A DNA stretch of 64,000 nucleotides from Verrucomicrobiota bacterium. GTDB lineage: Bacteria; Verrucomicrobiota; Verrucomicrobiia; Verrucomicrobiales; DEV007. A model generated the notes under the pieces. The model ran no database searches. It had not been told where the DNA came from and saw only the letters and a program-made list of their open reading frames with translations. The translations under genes and the position numbers were made by a program. The stretch lies in NCBI GenBank assembly GCA_003402735.1, contig QQNE01000008.1, forward strand, positions 6,859-70,858, given 5' to 3'. Below are positions 38,886-51,700 of the stretch, one piece after another (the stretch's first letter is position 1; the number at the start of each line of letters is the position of its first letter).

Positions 38886-40175
38886 ATGAAGATCGTTCTC
38901 GCCTACTCCGGAGGTCTTGACACCAGCGTGCTGCTGAAATGGCTGGGCCAAGTCTATGACGCCGAAATCATTGCCTACTGCTCCGACGTCGGCCAGGAGG
39001 AGGAACTCGACGGACTCGAAGCCAAGGCCTTGGCGACCGGTGCCAGCAAATGCATCATCGGCGATCAAAGGGAGGAATTCGCCCGGGATTTCATCTTCCC
39101 CATGCTCCAGGCCAACGCCATTTACGAGGGCCAATACCTGCTCGGCACCAGCATCGCCCGCCCCTGCATCGCCAAAGGCATGCTCGACGTCGTGAAACAG
39201 GAGGGCGCTCACGCCATCGCCCACGGAGCGACCGGAAAAGGCAACGATCAAGTCCGTTTTGAACTGACCGCCGCCGCTCTGGCCCCGGAAATCGACGTGA
39301 TCGCCCCCTGGCGGGACGCCCGGTTCCGGGCCCAGTTCCCCGGCCGGTCCGAGATGATCGCCTACGCCGCGGAAAACCAGATCCCGGTCCAGGCCTCCGC
39401 CAAAAAACCCTACAGCATGGACCGGAATCTTCTCCACATCAGCTTCGAGAGCGGCATGCTGGAAGACCCTTGGTTCGACTCCAGCCAGGCCTCGAACCGG
39501 GAGATGTTCGTCCTCAGCGTTTCGCCCGAGGAGGCCCCGGATCAGGCGGAAATCGTGGAACTGCTCTTTCAAAAGGGCGATTGCATCGGGTTGCGGTGCG
39601 ATCGACTCGGAGACCTCTCCGCGTCCATGAAATTGACGTCGCTCGGGGAGAAGGACGGTTACACTCTGTTCTCCCCCTACGGCATCATGAAAATTCTCAA
39701 TCGCCTCGGCGGAGATCACGGCGTCGGCCGGGTGGACATGGTGGAAAACCGCTTTGTCGGCATGAAATCCCGCGGCGTTTATGAAACTCCGGGCGGAGCC
39801 ATTCTCCTGGCCGCACATCGGGACTTGGAGAGCCTCACCATGGACCGCGAGGTCATGCTGCTCCGGGATTCCTTGATCCCGAAGTATGCTCAACTCGTCT
39901 ACAACGGCTTCTGGTTCGCGCCGGAGCGCCACGCCTTGCAAGCTCTGGTCACCGAAAGCCAACAAAACGTCACGGGCGAAGTCCGGGTCAAGCTCTACAA
40001 GGGCAACGTGATCCGCTCCGGACGCAAATCCCCCCGCAGCCTCTACCGGGAAGCGGTCGCCACCATGGAGGCTGACCCCACCCAGGCCTACAACCAGGAC
40101 GACGCCACCGGCTTCATCCGACTCAACGGACTTCGCCTGAAAAACGAGGCGCTTCGCGACCAGCGCAGCAGCTGA
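38886..40175 (+). CDS. argG: Argininosuccinate synthase
   Basis: Track ORF trimmed to ATG 38886. [14 protein letters not shown] is the ATP-PPase P-loop. The [15 protein letters not shown] and [17 protein letters not shown] motifs are also present. Confidence 0.95.
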   Translation: MKIVLAYSGGLDTSVLLKWLGQVYDAEIIAYCSDVGQEEELDGLEAKALATGASKCIIGDQREEFARDFIFPMLQANAIYEGQYLLGTSIARPCIAKGMLDVVKQEGAHAIAHGATGKGNDQVRFELTAAALAPEIDVIAPWRDARFRAQFPGRSEMIAYAAENQIPVQASAKKPYSMDRNLLHISFESGMLEDPWFDSSQASNREMFVLSVSPEEAPDQAEIVELLFQKGDCIGLRCDRLGDLSASMKLTSLGEKDGYTLFSPYGIMKILNRLGGDHGVGRVDMVENRFVGMKSRGVYETPGGAILLAAHRDLESLTMDREVMLLRDSLIPKYAQLVYNGFWFAPERHALQALVTESQQNVTGEVRVKLYKGNVIRSGRKSPRSLYREAVATMEADPTQAYNQDDATGFIRLNGLRLKNEALRDQRSS

Positions 40176-40225
40176 TTCCAGGAAGACTGGGATTTCGGGG
40201 CTTGCGGCGGAGGAAATGGGAGACG

Positions 40226-40576
<351 letters not shown>

Positions 40577-40589
40577 AGAGAAATTCATG

Positions 40590-41117
40590 TCAAATTGAGC
40601 TCTTGGGATCATAGGCCAGCCGAACCTGCGATGCGTCGTAGACGATTTTGAGGTGCCGCACGGCATACTGCAGATCTTGATCGCTCATGTGTCCGGTGCT
40701 GAAAAACTGACCAGCGAAGGGTCCCTTGGAGACCACCACCCCTTCCCGCAGCAACAACGCGGTGGCCTCGGCCCCGCCCAGCGAATCGGGAAGCACGTGT
40801 TCTTCCCCGACGGCGGCCAGGGAGGAGGAGATCGATGCGATCGCCTGCGCATTGCGCTGCGAGGCGGACTTGGACGCACTCTCGCGGACGCCGTTGATCG
40901 CCGGCATTCCGATGGTCACCATGATGCCGGTGATCGCCACCATCACCAGAATTTCCTCAAGGGAAAAACTGGCCAGCGACCTTTTCCGGACAAGCTGCCT
41001 CCTCCCCTTTCCCGAACCTCGGGAGGAGAAACTCGTTTGTCCTGTTGGGGACGGCACGTTCACGGGCGTTTCAGGAGAAATTGCCGGGGTTGATGATTCG
41101 CGGTGAAGGAACTCCAA
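40590..41117 (-). CDS. Pseudopilin-like protein with a prepilin-type N-terminal methylation motif and an unusually long leader (start uncertain)
   Basis: 175-aa ORF from TTG 41117, with in-frame GTGs at 41063 and 41057. The motif is ..RKRSLAS|FSLEEILVMVAITGIMVTIG, with Phe+1, Glu+5 and a hydrophobic helix. A small globular part follows. Confidence 0.6.
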   Translation of the reverse strand: MEFLHRESSTPAISPETPVNVPSPTGQTSFSSRGSGKGRRQLVRKRSLASFSLEEILVMVAITGIMVTIGMPAINGVRESASKSASQRNAQAIASISSSLAAVGEEHVLPDSLGGAEATALLLREGVVVSKGPFAGQFFSTGHMSDQDLQYAVRHLKIVYDASQVRLAYDPKSSI

Positions 41118-41189
41118 GATGCCCCGAGAACGAAGACCGCCCGGTTCTGGGCGAGCGTCGCACGCATCTTGCGATGGCGGAGGAGATCA

Positions 41190-41335
41190 TGAAGTTCCTT
41201 AAAAAAGTTGATATTTAAGCAACTTTTGTTGATCTACGATAATTTATGGCTATTATTGTGACAACAAAAATTTAAGATTTTTCCGTAGATACCATAAGCA
41301 GAACTTCCTTACATCCCTTTTTGCTTTTTCCCGCA
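41190..41335. promoter_or_regulatory. AT-rich divergent control region between the pseudopilin-like operon and the hybrid kinase gene
   Basis: By direct count, 41201..41300 contains 26 G+C out of 100. The flanks are GC-rich. Short direct repeats GTTGAT (41207, 41228) and ATTTAAG (41213, 41270) are present. Confidence 0.5.
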
Positions 41336-41343
41336 GCCGTTTC

Positions 41344-44300
41344 ATGTCCCCTCTCCCTCCAGTCACACCCTTCTTCCTGACCCTCGCCCGAGCGGTCCGG
41401 CGGATCGGAATCTTGGCGGGCGTCTTGGTCGGCCATCTCCCTGGGGCCGAAGAGATGCCGGTGCGGATCGCCTTCACAACGCTCACGGCGCAGCAGGGTC
41501 TTGCGGAAGGGCCTCTGCTGAACATCATCCAGGACAAGCAGGGACGCATCGTGTTTGCCCAGAGGTATGGCTTGGCCCGGTTTGACGGGTTTGCGCTGCG
41601 TCCGATCCTGGATGTTCGGCAGTTGGGGTCGGAGGGAGCACACCGTTCCCTCCACGCCTTCGCCGAAGATGCCAACGGAGAGGGTTACTGGATCGGGACA
41701 GACGCCGGCCTGGTTCACCACTCCCCGGCGTCCGGTCCCTCGGCGTTCTTCCAGAATGATCCCCAGCAAATCCTTTCGGTCCCGCCGGGGACGGTCACCG
41801 CGATTCTCCGCGATGGCAACAGCGCCCTCTGGATCGGGACCGAGTCGGGATTGTGTCGGTTTGAGCTGGGCTCGAAACTTTTTGCCCCCGTGCAGGTGGA
41901 ACCGCTGAAACGGGAAATCATTCAATGCCTGGCTCAAGCTCCGGGCACCGTGGCCTCCCTATGGGTCGGCACCCGGGGCAGCGGGCTCTTCGGTCTTCTG
42001 CCGGACGGGCGCTGGGTGGATGTTTGGCACCGCCCCGCCGATGTGACCTCCATCTGCCCGGGAAGCGATCCCAAGACCGGGGAAAAGCTTCTTTGGGTCG
42101 GCACAAGGGGTGGAGGTCTGTTCCGGTGCAACGGGTCCGGCGAGCCGATCCGGCACTACCTGCCCCGGAACAGCCAGGGGATGCCAAGCCGGGACGTGAT
42201 TTCCCTGCTGGCAGACAGCGAGCATTTCCTCTGGGTGGGGACTCCGACCGGGATTTTGCGGTTGGATCCGGCGAGCGAAACCTGGCTCTCCTACGGGCCC
42301 GAAAACGGGTCCGGCGAAGGAATTGGCAGCGGAGCCCCCGGGACGATTTTCGAGGACCGTCGCAAGACTCTCTGGATCGGCACGGACGAGGGGCAAGTCA
42401 GCTACCACCGGTTGAACCTGTTCCGGTTCCCCCATCACCACGCCGATGTCCGTCCGGGGTGCAGGCTCAGCGACAATTCGGTTTGGGGCATGGCGGAAGG
42501 GAGTGCGGGGAAAGTCTGGATCGCCACGGAAAACGGGCTGACCCGGTTTGATCCGCAGGCGAAGGTGTTCGAGTCCTGGACGCACCAGGCGGGAGACTCG
42601 GGAAGCCTGCCGGACGCCCGACTGTCCTGCGTGAACGAGGACCGGAAAGGACGGGTCTGGGTGGGAACGGAGGGGAGTGGTTTGGCCCGACTGGACCTCG
42701 GGAAAGGACATTTCAAGCGCTTTGGTCCGAATCCCCGGGACCCGTGGAGCCTGCCGGGGAACGCGATCTCGGCGATTCTGGAGGACCGGGAGGGCCGGGT
42801 CTGGATCAGCGTGGCTGGCGCAGGCGTGGTCCGGTTTGAAGAGGAAGGGGAACGCTTTGTTCGGCTGGGCCCGAAGGAACAGGGGCCGCGTTTCGTGAGC
42901 CAGCTGGTCGAAGATCGCCAAGGCCGGATCTGGGCCGGTTGCTCGAGCGGACTTTGGCGTTTGGACCCAACCGAAAACCGGATGATCCATTATCGGGACC
43001 TCCCCAACACCGGGGACCGCCTCCCTGGGGAACACGTTTTCGCCCTGGCAAGCCGCCCGGACGGCTCGCTCTGGATCGGGACCCAGGGAGGCGCGCTGAC
43101 GCTCTTCAATCCGGAGACGGGGGCCATGAAGTTTTTCCAACAAGCTCTCCTGAGCCGCACGGCCAACGAGATCTGCGCCCTTCTGGCGGATGACCGCGAC
43201 AATCTCTGGATCTCGACCGAGTCGGGCCTGGCCATTTTCCGTTCCAAGGACAAATTGTTTCGCCCGTTGAGCCTTCAGGATGGCGTGCAGACGACCCGGT
43301 TCCATGCAGGATCGGCCCTCCAGCTTCGCGACGGAACGCTCCTCTTCGGCGGGCCGGATGGGGTTGACCAGATCGATCCCCGGCGGCTTCCCGACTTTCC
43401 CGAGTCGGCTCGGCCGCTGCTCACGGGACTGGAATACGACGGGCAGATGGTGATGCCCTCGGCCAAGGGAATCTTGCCGCGGCCCATGCCAGCCATGGGA
43501 AACCTCCCCTTGCGGATGCCGTCCGACCGCAAAATGCGTTTTGCGTTGCATTTCGGAACGCTGGATTACTCCAGCCTCAATCAATACCGGTTCGAATACC
43601 GCCTGGACGGGGTGGACGATTCCTGGCAGAAGGCGGGAAGCGAACGCACTGCGCTCTACCGGAGCCTCTCCCCCGGTCGCTATTTCTTCAACGTGCGGGC
43701 CTCCCGAGACGGCGTGCACTGGCAGGAACTCTCCTACCCTCTCGGCATTTGGGTCGATCCGCCCTGGCACCGCACCAAGTGGGCCATCGCGACCTTCATT
43801 TTGCTCGGAGTGGGCCTGATCTGCACCGCCGCTTCCGTCTATTTCCGAATCCGTGAGACGCGCGAGCGAATCCGCCGGGAGCACCTGGAGAACGAGCGGA
43901 ACCGGGCGGAGGCGGCCCTGGCCCGTCAAGTGCAGCACGCCATGCTGCTGGAGCGGACCAGTGCGGAATTCCGCCGCAGCCTCGACAGCTCCCACGTCTT
44001 TCAGTCCGCCCTGCGTCGGCTGGGCGAGCACTTCAAGATCCGGCGCTGCTTTCTGGCGGCCATCACCGAGGGACAGGAAGACCTCGATATCCTGGCCCAG
44101 TTCGAGTCGCCGGACTTGGCCCCGCTTCGCTTTGAGAAACTCTCGAGCAAGCACCCGCTCGTGGCCCGCCTCATGAAGGCCGACGGCGCGGTCAACCTTC
44201 TGGCGGAGCCCCTTCCGGCCCCGGGGATGCCCCGCTCCAACGGTGAGGCCGACCCTTGCCTCTGGGGAATCCGCACCGCTTACCTGGAAAAGTGCAACGG

Positions 44301-45666
44301 CATCATCGTCCTGGACCGGGACAACTCGGCCGCGGGATGGCACAGGGAGGAACTGCGCTTGCTGGAATCCCTTGCGGCGCAATTGGGCATTGCCGTGGCC
44401 CAGTTCCTCCTGAGCCAGAAAGAGGCGAAGCAGGCCCTCGAACTCCAGGAGGCGAGGGTCGCCGCAGACGTCGCCAACCAGGCCAAGAGCGATTTCCTCG
44501 CGAAGATGACCCACGAGCTGCGCACCCCGCTCAACTCCATCATCGGCTTCTCCGAGGTCATGAAAACGGAACCGGGCCTCAATGATGCCCACCTGAAACA
44601 TCTCAGCATCATCACCAGCAGCGGCGAGCATCTCCTCGGGGTCATCAACGATATCCTGGAAGTCTCCAAGATCGAGGAAGGCAAGGCTGAACTCGTCCCG
44701 CTCCGTTTCGACCTCAAGGAACTGCTTCAATCCGTCCACGCCATCATGTCGACCGCGTCCGACAAGAAGGGCGTCAAACTGGATCTGCTGCTCGAGGGCG
44801 AGCTCCCCCAACGCGTCGAGACCGACAAACAAAAGCTGCGGCAAATCCTCATCAACCTCCTCAGCAACGCCATCAAGTTCACCTCCAAGGGGTCCGTTTC
44901 CCTGCGGGTCCAGGCCAAGTCCGCCCCGAACACAGCTTCCGCAACCGCCCCTCACCCCGTCCAGTTGACCATCGAAGTCACCGACACCGGGGAGGGAATC
45001 GCGGAAGGCGAATTGCAAAAGCTCTTCGGCAGATTCGTCCAAACCCAAAGCGGCAAAAACTCCCTGCAGGGCAGCGGACTGGGCCTCTCCATCGTCCAGG
45101 GGTTCACCCGGTTGCTCGGAGGCAGCATCAGCGTGCGCAGCCAGCTCGGCGTCGGCACCACCTTCTCTCTGGAACTCCCCATCCTCGCCATCCCGCAGAC
45201 CCAGGTCGTCGATCTGATCCGCCCCATCGCCCGCGATGTGGTGGGACTGGCCCCCGGTCACCGCCCCGTGCGGGTCCTGGTCGTGGAGGACAACGAAATG
45301 AACCGCCTCCTCATGCGCAAGTTCCTCGTAAAGGCCGGGTTCGAAATGGCGGAAGCGGAGAACGGCAAGATCGCGGTGGAGACTTGGCGGGACGTCCGTC
45401 CCGACATCATTTTCATGGACGAAAGCATGCCGGTGATGTGCGGACTGGAAGCCACCCGAGCCATCACGGAAATGGCGGGAGAGGACAGACCGCCCATCGT
45501 TTCCCTCACCGCCTTCGCCCTCGAGGAGCAGCGAAGATCAGCTCTCGAAGCCGGTTGCGTCGATTTCCTGGCCAAGCCCTTCAAGCGTGACGATTTGTTC
45601 GAAATCATCCGCAAACATTGCCAGGTCACCTACCAATACCGGGACCAAATCGCCCAGGCAGCCTGA
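41344..45666 (+). CDS. Hybrid sensor histidine kinase: periplasmic two-component-regulator propeller repeats plus Y_Y_Y, then TM, GAF, HisKA, HATPase and receiver
   Basis: 1440 aa with an N-terminal anchor. Many ..LWVGT/LWIGT.. propeller blades are followed by [24 protein letters not shown] (Y_Y_Y). The TM span is [26 protein letters not shown]-like region follows. The H-box is [21 protein letters not shown] and the G-boxes are DTGEGI and GSGLGLSIV. The receiver reads [21 protein letters not shown]. Confidence 0.9.
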   Translation: MSPLPPVTPFFLTLARAVRRIGILAGVLVGHLPGAEEMPVRIAFTTLTAQQGLAEGPLLNIIQDKQGRIVFAQRYGLARFDGFALRPILDVRQLGSEGAHRSLHAFAEDANGEGYWIGTDAGLVHHSPASGPSAFFQNDPQQILSVPPGTVTAILRDGNSALWIGTESGLCRFELGSKLFAPVQVEPLKREIIQCLAQAPGTVASLWVGTRGSGLFGLLPDGRWVDVWHRPADVTSICPGSDPKTGEKLLWVGTRGGGLFRCNGSGEPIRHYLPRNSQGMPSRDVISLLADSEHFLWVGTPTGILRLDPASETWLSYGPENGSGEGIGSGAPGTIFEDRRKTLWIGTDEGQVSYHRLNLFRFPHHHADVRPGCRLSDNSVWGMAEGSAGKVWIATENGLTRFDPQAKVFESWTHQAGDSGSLPDARLSCVNEDRKGRVWVGTEGSGLARLDLGKGHFKRFGPNPRDPWSLPGNAISAILEDREGRVWISVAGAGVVRFEEEGERFVRLGPKEQGPRFVSQLVEDRQGRIWAGCSSGLWRLDPTENRMIHYRDLPNTGDRLPGEHVFALASRPDGSLWIGTQGGALTLFNPETGAMKFFQQALLSRTANEICALLADDRDNLWISTESGLAIFRSKDKLFRPLSLQDGVQTTRFHAGSALQLRDGTLLFGGPDGVDQIDPRRLPDFPESARPLLTGLEYDGQMVMPSAKGILPRPMPAMGNLPLRMPSDRKMRFALHFGTLDYSSLNQYRFEYRLDGVDDSWQKAGSERTALYRSLSPGRYFFNVRASRDGVHWQELSYPLGIWVDPPWHRTKWAIATFILLGVGLICTAASVYFRIRETRERIRREHLENERNRAEAALARQVQHAMLLERTSAEFRRSLDSSHVFQSALRRLGEHFKIRRCFLAAITEGQEDLDILAQFESPDLAPLRFEKLSSKHPLVARLMKADGAVNLLAEPLPAPGMPRSNGEADPCLWGIRTAYLEKCNGIIVLDRDNSAAGWHREELRLLESLAAQLGIAVAQFLLSQKEAKQALELQEARVAADVANQAKSDFLAKMTHELRTPLNSIIGFSEVMKTEPGLNDAHLKHLSIITSSGEHLLGVINDILEVSKIEEGKAELVPLRFDLKELLQSVHAIMSTASDKKGVKLDLLLEGELPQRVETDKQKLRQILINLLSNAIKFTSKGSVSLRVQAKSAPNTASATAPHPVQLTIEVTDTGEGIAEGELQKLFGRFVQTQSGKNSLQGSGLGLSIVQGFTRLLGGSISVRSQLGVGTTFSLELPILAIPQTQVVDLIRPIARDVVGLAPGHRPVRVLVVEDNEMNRLLMRKFLVKAGFEMAEAENGKIAVETWRDVRPDIIFMDESMPVMCGLEATRAITEMAGEDRPPIVSLTAFALEEQRRSALEAGCVDFLAKPFKRDDLFEIIRKHCQVTYQYRDQIAQAA

Positions 45667-45702
45667 TGCCGGAGCGGTCCGGAAAAAAAGACGCCCAAGG
45701 CG

Positions 45703-45729
45703 TTGACGAGCTAGGGAATTTTCTATAAT
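45703..45729 (+). promoter_or_regulatory. Sigma70-like promoter candidate (TTGACG-N15-TATAAT) upstream of the giant gene
   Basis: TTGACG at 45703..45708 and TATAAT at 45724..45729. The 15-nt spacer is shorter than optimal. By direct count, 45711..45760 contains 12 G+C out of 50. Confidence 0.3.
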
Positions 45730-45762
45730 TTCAATATTTATAGTAATTTTGGAAGCTTTCCC

Positions 45763-48700
45763 GTGACCGTCCGTTCCCGCCACAGCGCCTTTTCTCTGCT
45801 CGAGATCCTCCTCGCGGTCGCGATCATCGGCACCCTCGCGGCTGTGGCCGTGGTGCGGCACCACAATTCCATCGAGAACGTCCGTGTCGCCAAGCTCGAG
45901 TCGGACATCGCCACCATCAATTCAGCGATCAAGACCTATGCCGCCAACGGCGGTTCCCTGGCCGGCATCGTCACGCCCCAGGCGGTTCTCGACAAAATGA
46001 AGACGTCGTTGTCGACGGAAGAGGACGCCCGTTTTGTCGGGATCGGCGGCTCCATGATCGATGCGCGTCTCACCGCGGTTTCTTCGGATGACCTGCCCGA
46101 CGGAAAGCCCCGGGCCATCTGGAACAGCGTGGCTTCGCGCTTTGACTTGGCCACGAACGGGAGCGGGATTGCCCAATTCGTTTTGGATGCCACCGCGGGC
46201 CGGGCGGAGTATGGCACGGAGTCCCGTGAGGATGGCGTCACCTTCTCCTACAACACAAGCAATGGATGGGTCTGGAATTACAACGATGCGGCACCGCTTC
46301 CCCGTCCCACCCCCTCGCTGGTTTCCGTGAGCGGTCTTCCGTCTGGGACCAGCAACACGGTCGACCCCACGCCCTGGAGCGATCCCTTGCTCTCCAATCT
46401 TCTGCCCCCCACATTCTCGTTGGACGGGGGCAGTTACCGCCCGTCGCGTTTCCCGTTGGAGGTCCAGCTGATCAACCCGAACCCCGCCGCCTCGAGCACG
46501 ATCCTGGTTTCCGTGGGCGGTTCCAACTTTGTGCCCTACACCGCGCCGCTCAAGCTGGTGGCCGACACGACGGTCACGGCCTTTGCGACCGGGGATCCGT
46601 CCCTCTGGTTCCCCAGCAGCACCGTGGGCGAAACCTACCTCGTCTCCCCGCCGGAGCAGCTTGCCACGCCGGTGATTTCGCCGTCCAGTCCACAGTTCCA
46701 GTGGGACACGGCCGAGACCATCTCCGTTTCGATCTCCAACCCGAACAGTTCCGACGACTCCGCTCTGGATTACAAGATCGACGATGGCAGTTGGTCCCGC
46801 TACTCCGGGTCGTTCAGTTTGGAATTCAGCGCGAACGAGGACGGGGCTGTGATCTCCGCCCGGGTGATTCCTCTGGGCCCCGACTACACCGAAAGCCAGG
46901 TGGCCACCGTCTCGATTGCACCGGCCCCGCCGCAACAAAACCTGGTCGCTCCCGTGATCACCACGAGCCAGCCAAAGTTCATCCAGGGCTCGGTCGAGAC
47001 CATCACGGTCACCTTGGCGGACCAGAACGCTGCCGGTTCCGCTCTGGAGTATCGGCTGCAGGGTGGCAACTGGCTGACTTATGCCTCCAGTTTCAACGTC
47101 ACCCGAGCCGCTTACCCGCAAGGCGTGAAGATCGAGGCACGCTCCCGCGCCATCTCGCGAGCCTACATCAACAGCACCACCTCGAGTTTCACCGTGGAAC
47201 TCTCCACCGTGGAACTCCGCCCGCCCAACATCATCCCCACTGCGGCGAACTTCATCGTGGGAGCGGTTGAGACCGTGAACGTGACGATCACCAACCCCAA
47301 CCCCACCTCCGCCGCATCCCTCCTGGACTACAAGATCAACAACGGTGCCTGGTTGCCCTACACCACCGCCCTGTCCTTCACGCGAGCCAACTACAGCTCC
47401 GGGTTCACCATCGCCGCGCGAGCCCGATCAACGTCCGCCGGTTATACCAACAGCGTGGATTCCTCGGTCCAAATCGGTGTGACCGGGATTCCCCTCCTGC
47501 CTCCCAGCATCACTCCGAGCGCCCCCAACTTCGTGGCCGGAAATGTGGAAACCGTGACCGTCACCCTGACCAACCTGAATTCGGTCGCGTCATCGGTGTC
47601 CTACCGCCTCAACGGTGGAACGTGGCTGAACTACTCGGGCGTCTTCTCCGTGACCCGATCCACCTATCCTTCCGGAGTGCTGGTGGAGGCGCGGGTCGCC
47701 GGAACCACAACGGCTTCCGCCACCAGCGCCATCAACTCGGTCAGCATCGGCTTGGCCACGCTGCAGCTGCGGCCTCCCAGCTTGGTGCCGAGCGCGGCAA
47801 ACTTCATTGCGGGCGTCACCGACTCCATCTCCGTCTCGATCGTCGACCCGAACACGGTCGCATCGGCGGCGGAATACCGGATCGACAACGGTGCCTGGCA
47901 AGCCTACCAGGGCCCGTTCACCGTGACCCTTGCCGGCTTCCCGTCCGGACTCATGATTGAGGCCCGGGCCCGCGCCACCGCCCCCACCCATGTCGATAGC
48001 GACCTCGACACCGCCATCATCGGCCTGACCCTGGCCCAGTTGCGCCGCCCCCTCATCAGCACGTCTGCCGCCAGCCTCATGGCGGGGGCCGCGGAAAGCG
48101 TGTCCGTGAGCATCTCCAACCCCAACGCGGTCGGCTTGGGAGAGGTGGAGTATCGGCTGGATGGCGGTGCCTGGCAGACCTACGCGGCCCCGTTCACCGT
48201 GAGCCGCGCCGCTTACCCATCCGGTGCGACCATCGAGAGCCGGGTTCGGGCCCTCAGTCTCGCGCTGCTGGACAGCGATGTGAGCACCTCGATCATCAGC
48301 CTGATTCCCTGGCGGCTGCGCTCCCCGACGGTCAGCAGCGACGTGGCCGGGTTCGTCGCCGGATTCGTGGAGAGCGCAACGATCACGGTGACCGCCACGG
48401 ATGCCGCCAGCGAAGGGCTCGAATACCGCCTGAACGGCCAGAGTTGGCAGGCCTACACCGCGCCGTTTGCCGTGACCCGCACGAACTACCCGACCGGGGT
48501 CACGGTGGAAGCTCGCAGCATCTCCTCCTCACCGGCCCTTGACCCCAGCGAGATCGCCTCATTGACGATTGGCCTGAGCCCAGTGCAGTTGCAATCCCCG
48601 ATCATCATGAGAAGCGCAACCGTTTTCTCGACCTCGACCAACACGGTCACCGTCAGCTTGGTGAACCCGAATCTGTCCGGGGCGCTCATGGATTACCGCC

Positions 48701-51700
48701 TCAACAACGGGGCTTGGCAGACTTACACGGTCCCCTTCACCTTGGCTTGGACCAACTTCTCCGCCGGGGTCACGATCGATGCCCGGGCCCGCTCCATTTC
48801 GGCCGCCTTCCTCACCAGCGGCATCGCCTCGGCCTTGGTTGGAACCAGCGCCTCTGAATTGCAGTCCCCGGTCATCACGCCAACCGCTCCCAACTTTATC
48901 CAGGGATTCCAGGAATGGATTGCGATCGGCCTGAGCAATCCAAATCCCGTCGGCAGCTCGGCCTTGGATTACCGGATCAACGGAGGGGAGTGGCTGGCCT
49001 ACACCACGACGATCACCGCGACGCGAACCGCCTACCCATCGGGTCTCACCATTGAAGCCCGCGCCCGGGCCTTGAGCAGCACGTTCACCACCAGCCCGAA
49101 CGCCATTCTCGCGATCGGTCTTACGTCGGTGCTGCTCCGCTCCCCGATGATCGCCACCACGGCCCCGAGATTCATCGCCGAGAACACCGAGACCGTGACG
49201 GTGACCCTGACCAACCCCAACGCAACGGGTTCCGTGATCGACTACCGGCTCAATGGCGGTTCCTGGCTCACTTACACCTCCAGCTTTACCGGGACCTTGG
49301 CCGCCAATCCCAATGGACTGACCATCGAGGCCCGGTGCCGAGCGACCGATTCCGCCTTGGCCACCAGCACGATCGCCTCGGCCTTCGTCGGCGTGGCTCC
49401 GGTCCGCCTGCAAACGCCGTTGATCAGCCCCAGCGCCTCCAATTTCCTGGCCGGCAGCGCCGAAAGCGTGACCGTGACTTTGACCACGCCCAACACCACC
49501 GGATTCGTCCTGGAATACCGGTTGGCCAACGGCGTATGGGTCACCTACTCGACCCCCTTCGTCGTCACCCAGCAAAGCTACCAAGCCGGGGTCGTGGTGG
49601 AAGCGCGGGCCCGAGCCCTCACCGCCGCGTATGTGGACAGCAACATCGCCCTCGCCGCGATCGGCCGCACCCCGGTGCTGCTGCGACGTCCATCCATCAT
49701 CCCGAGTGCGAACAGCTTCCTGCCCGGGTCGATCGAGTCGGTCTCGGTGACCCTGACCAACCCAAACCCGGTCGGCGCGGTGCTGGAATACCGGGTCAAC
49801 AACGGAGCTTGGCTGGTTTACTCCGCACCGTTCACCGTGACCCGAACCTCCTTCCCCAACGGGGTGCCCATCGAGGCGCGGGCCCGAGCCCTGTCCAGCG
49901 CCTACATCACCAGTGAATCCTCCACCTTCACCGTGAAACTGACGCCTGTGCAGCTGATCGAACCCTCGATCCGTTCCAGCGCTTCAGACTTCATTCCCGG
50001 TTCAGTGGAAACCCTCACGGTCACCCTCGTCAATCCGAACCCGATCGGTTCGGTGATGGATTACCGCATCAACGGCGGCGGTTGGACCACCTACTCCACC
50101 GCGCTAAGCCTAAGGCGGACCAGTTATCCTACCGGTGTCTCGCTGGAGGCCCGGGCCAGGGCCACCCAGAGCGCCTATGCCACCAGCAACACCTCGACCG
50201 CCAACTTCGGCGTTGCCTTGGTCCAACTGTTGACCCCGACCATCTCCTCGAGTGATCCGGCATTCGTCGCAGGAACCACCGAAACCATCACCGTCAGCAT
50301 TTCCGACCCGAATGCCACAACAACGACGACGACGACAAATGCCGCTCCCATGGCTGCTTCCCCATTGGAAGCCAGCGTGAATGGCAACAGGTCCATGCTG
50401 CAATATCGGCTCAATGGCCGCGCGTGGGTCAACTACTCGGCCCCGTTCACCGTGACGCGGACACTCTATCCCACCGGGGTCACCGTGGAGGCGCGCGCCC
50501 TGGCGACGACCCCTGCCTATCTGACGAGCAACAACGCCCTGAGGGGCATCGGATTGACCACCCTGACCCTGCAAACCCCGACCCTGGCCTCGAATGTCCG
50601 CAATTTCAGGATCGGTTCGGCGGATTTCGCGACCGTCACCGTGACCAATCCCAATCCCTCGGGAATTTCCGCCCTGCAATACCGCATCAACAGCGGCGGT
50701 TGGCTGGCCTACACCGGCCCCGTCACCTTCGCCCGGACCGCTTATCCCTCGGGCCTCACGGTCGGTGCCCGGGCCGTCGCCGCCGCCATCTCCGGTTACG
50801 GAACCAGCCGCATCGGCACGACCACGATCGGCTTGACCCAGGTGCAACTCTTGCCCCCGAGCATCACCAGGACCCTCCCCAACTTCGTTGCCGGCTCGGG
50901 CGAAACCATCACGATCACCCTCAGCAATCGGAACCCGAGCGGCTCGGCCCTGCAATACCGTTTGGCCGGCGGTGGCTGGACGACCTATACGACCCCCTTC
51001 ACCGTGACCCGGTCCAGGTTTCCCAAGGGCGTCATCGTGGAAGCTCAGGCCCGCGCCACGATCTCCGCTTACCTGGCCAGCACCATCGCCTCGACCAACA
51101 TCGGCATCGGCACGGTGCAGCTCCAGATCCCGGTGATCACCCCCAGCGCACAGAATTTCATGGCCGGCTCCACGGAATCGATCACCGTCACGGTGAGCAA
51201 CCCCAACCCGTCCGGATCCTCCATCCTCCAATACCGCATCAACGGCACCGCCTGGCGGAACTATACGGGGGCCTTCGCGGTGAACCGAACAAGCTACCCG
51301 ACCGGGTTGAACATCGAGGCCCAGGCCCTGACCGCCTCCACCGTCTACGTGACCAGCGCGGCCGCCTCCGCCACCATCGGCTTGACCCCCGCCCGTCTCA
51401 ACCAGGCCACGATCCGCCGCAGCCCCGTGAACGTCAATTTCATGGCCGGTTCCGTGGAGACAATGACCATCAGCCTGGCCTGGCGAACCCCCAATCCGTC
51501 GGGCGTCTCCGTCAACGAGTATCGCCTCAACGGCGGATCCTGGCTCACCTACACCAGCGCCTTCAACGTCACCCGGTCCGCTTTCCCCCAAGGGGTCACC
51601 ATCGATGCCCGGTCCCGTTCCACTTCGGTGGCCTACATCGACAGCACGACCTCCACGATGACGATCGGGGTGACGCTCGTTCCGCTGCAAACGCCCATGA

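Noticed and set aside
45667-45690. Hairpin CCGGA-GCGG-TCCGG followed by A7 just after the kinase stop, as a possible terminator separating the kinase from the giant gene.
   Set aside because: On the plus (transcribed) strand the run after the stem is poly-A, not poly-U, and the stem is only 5 bp. This is not a convincing intrinsic terminator.
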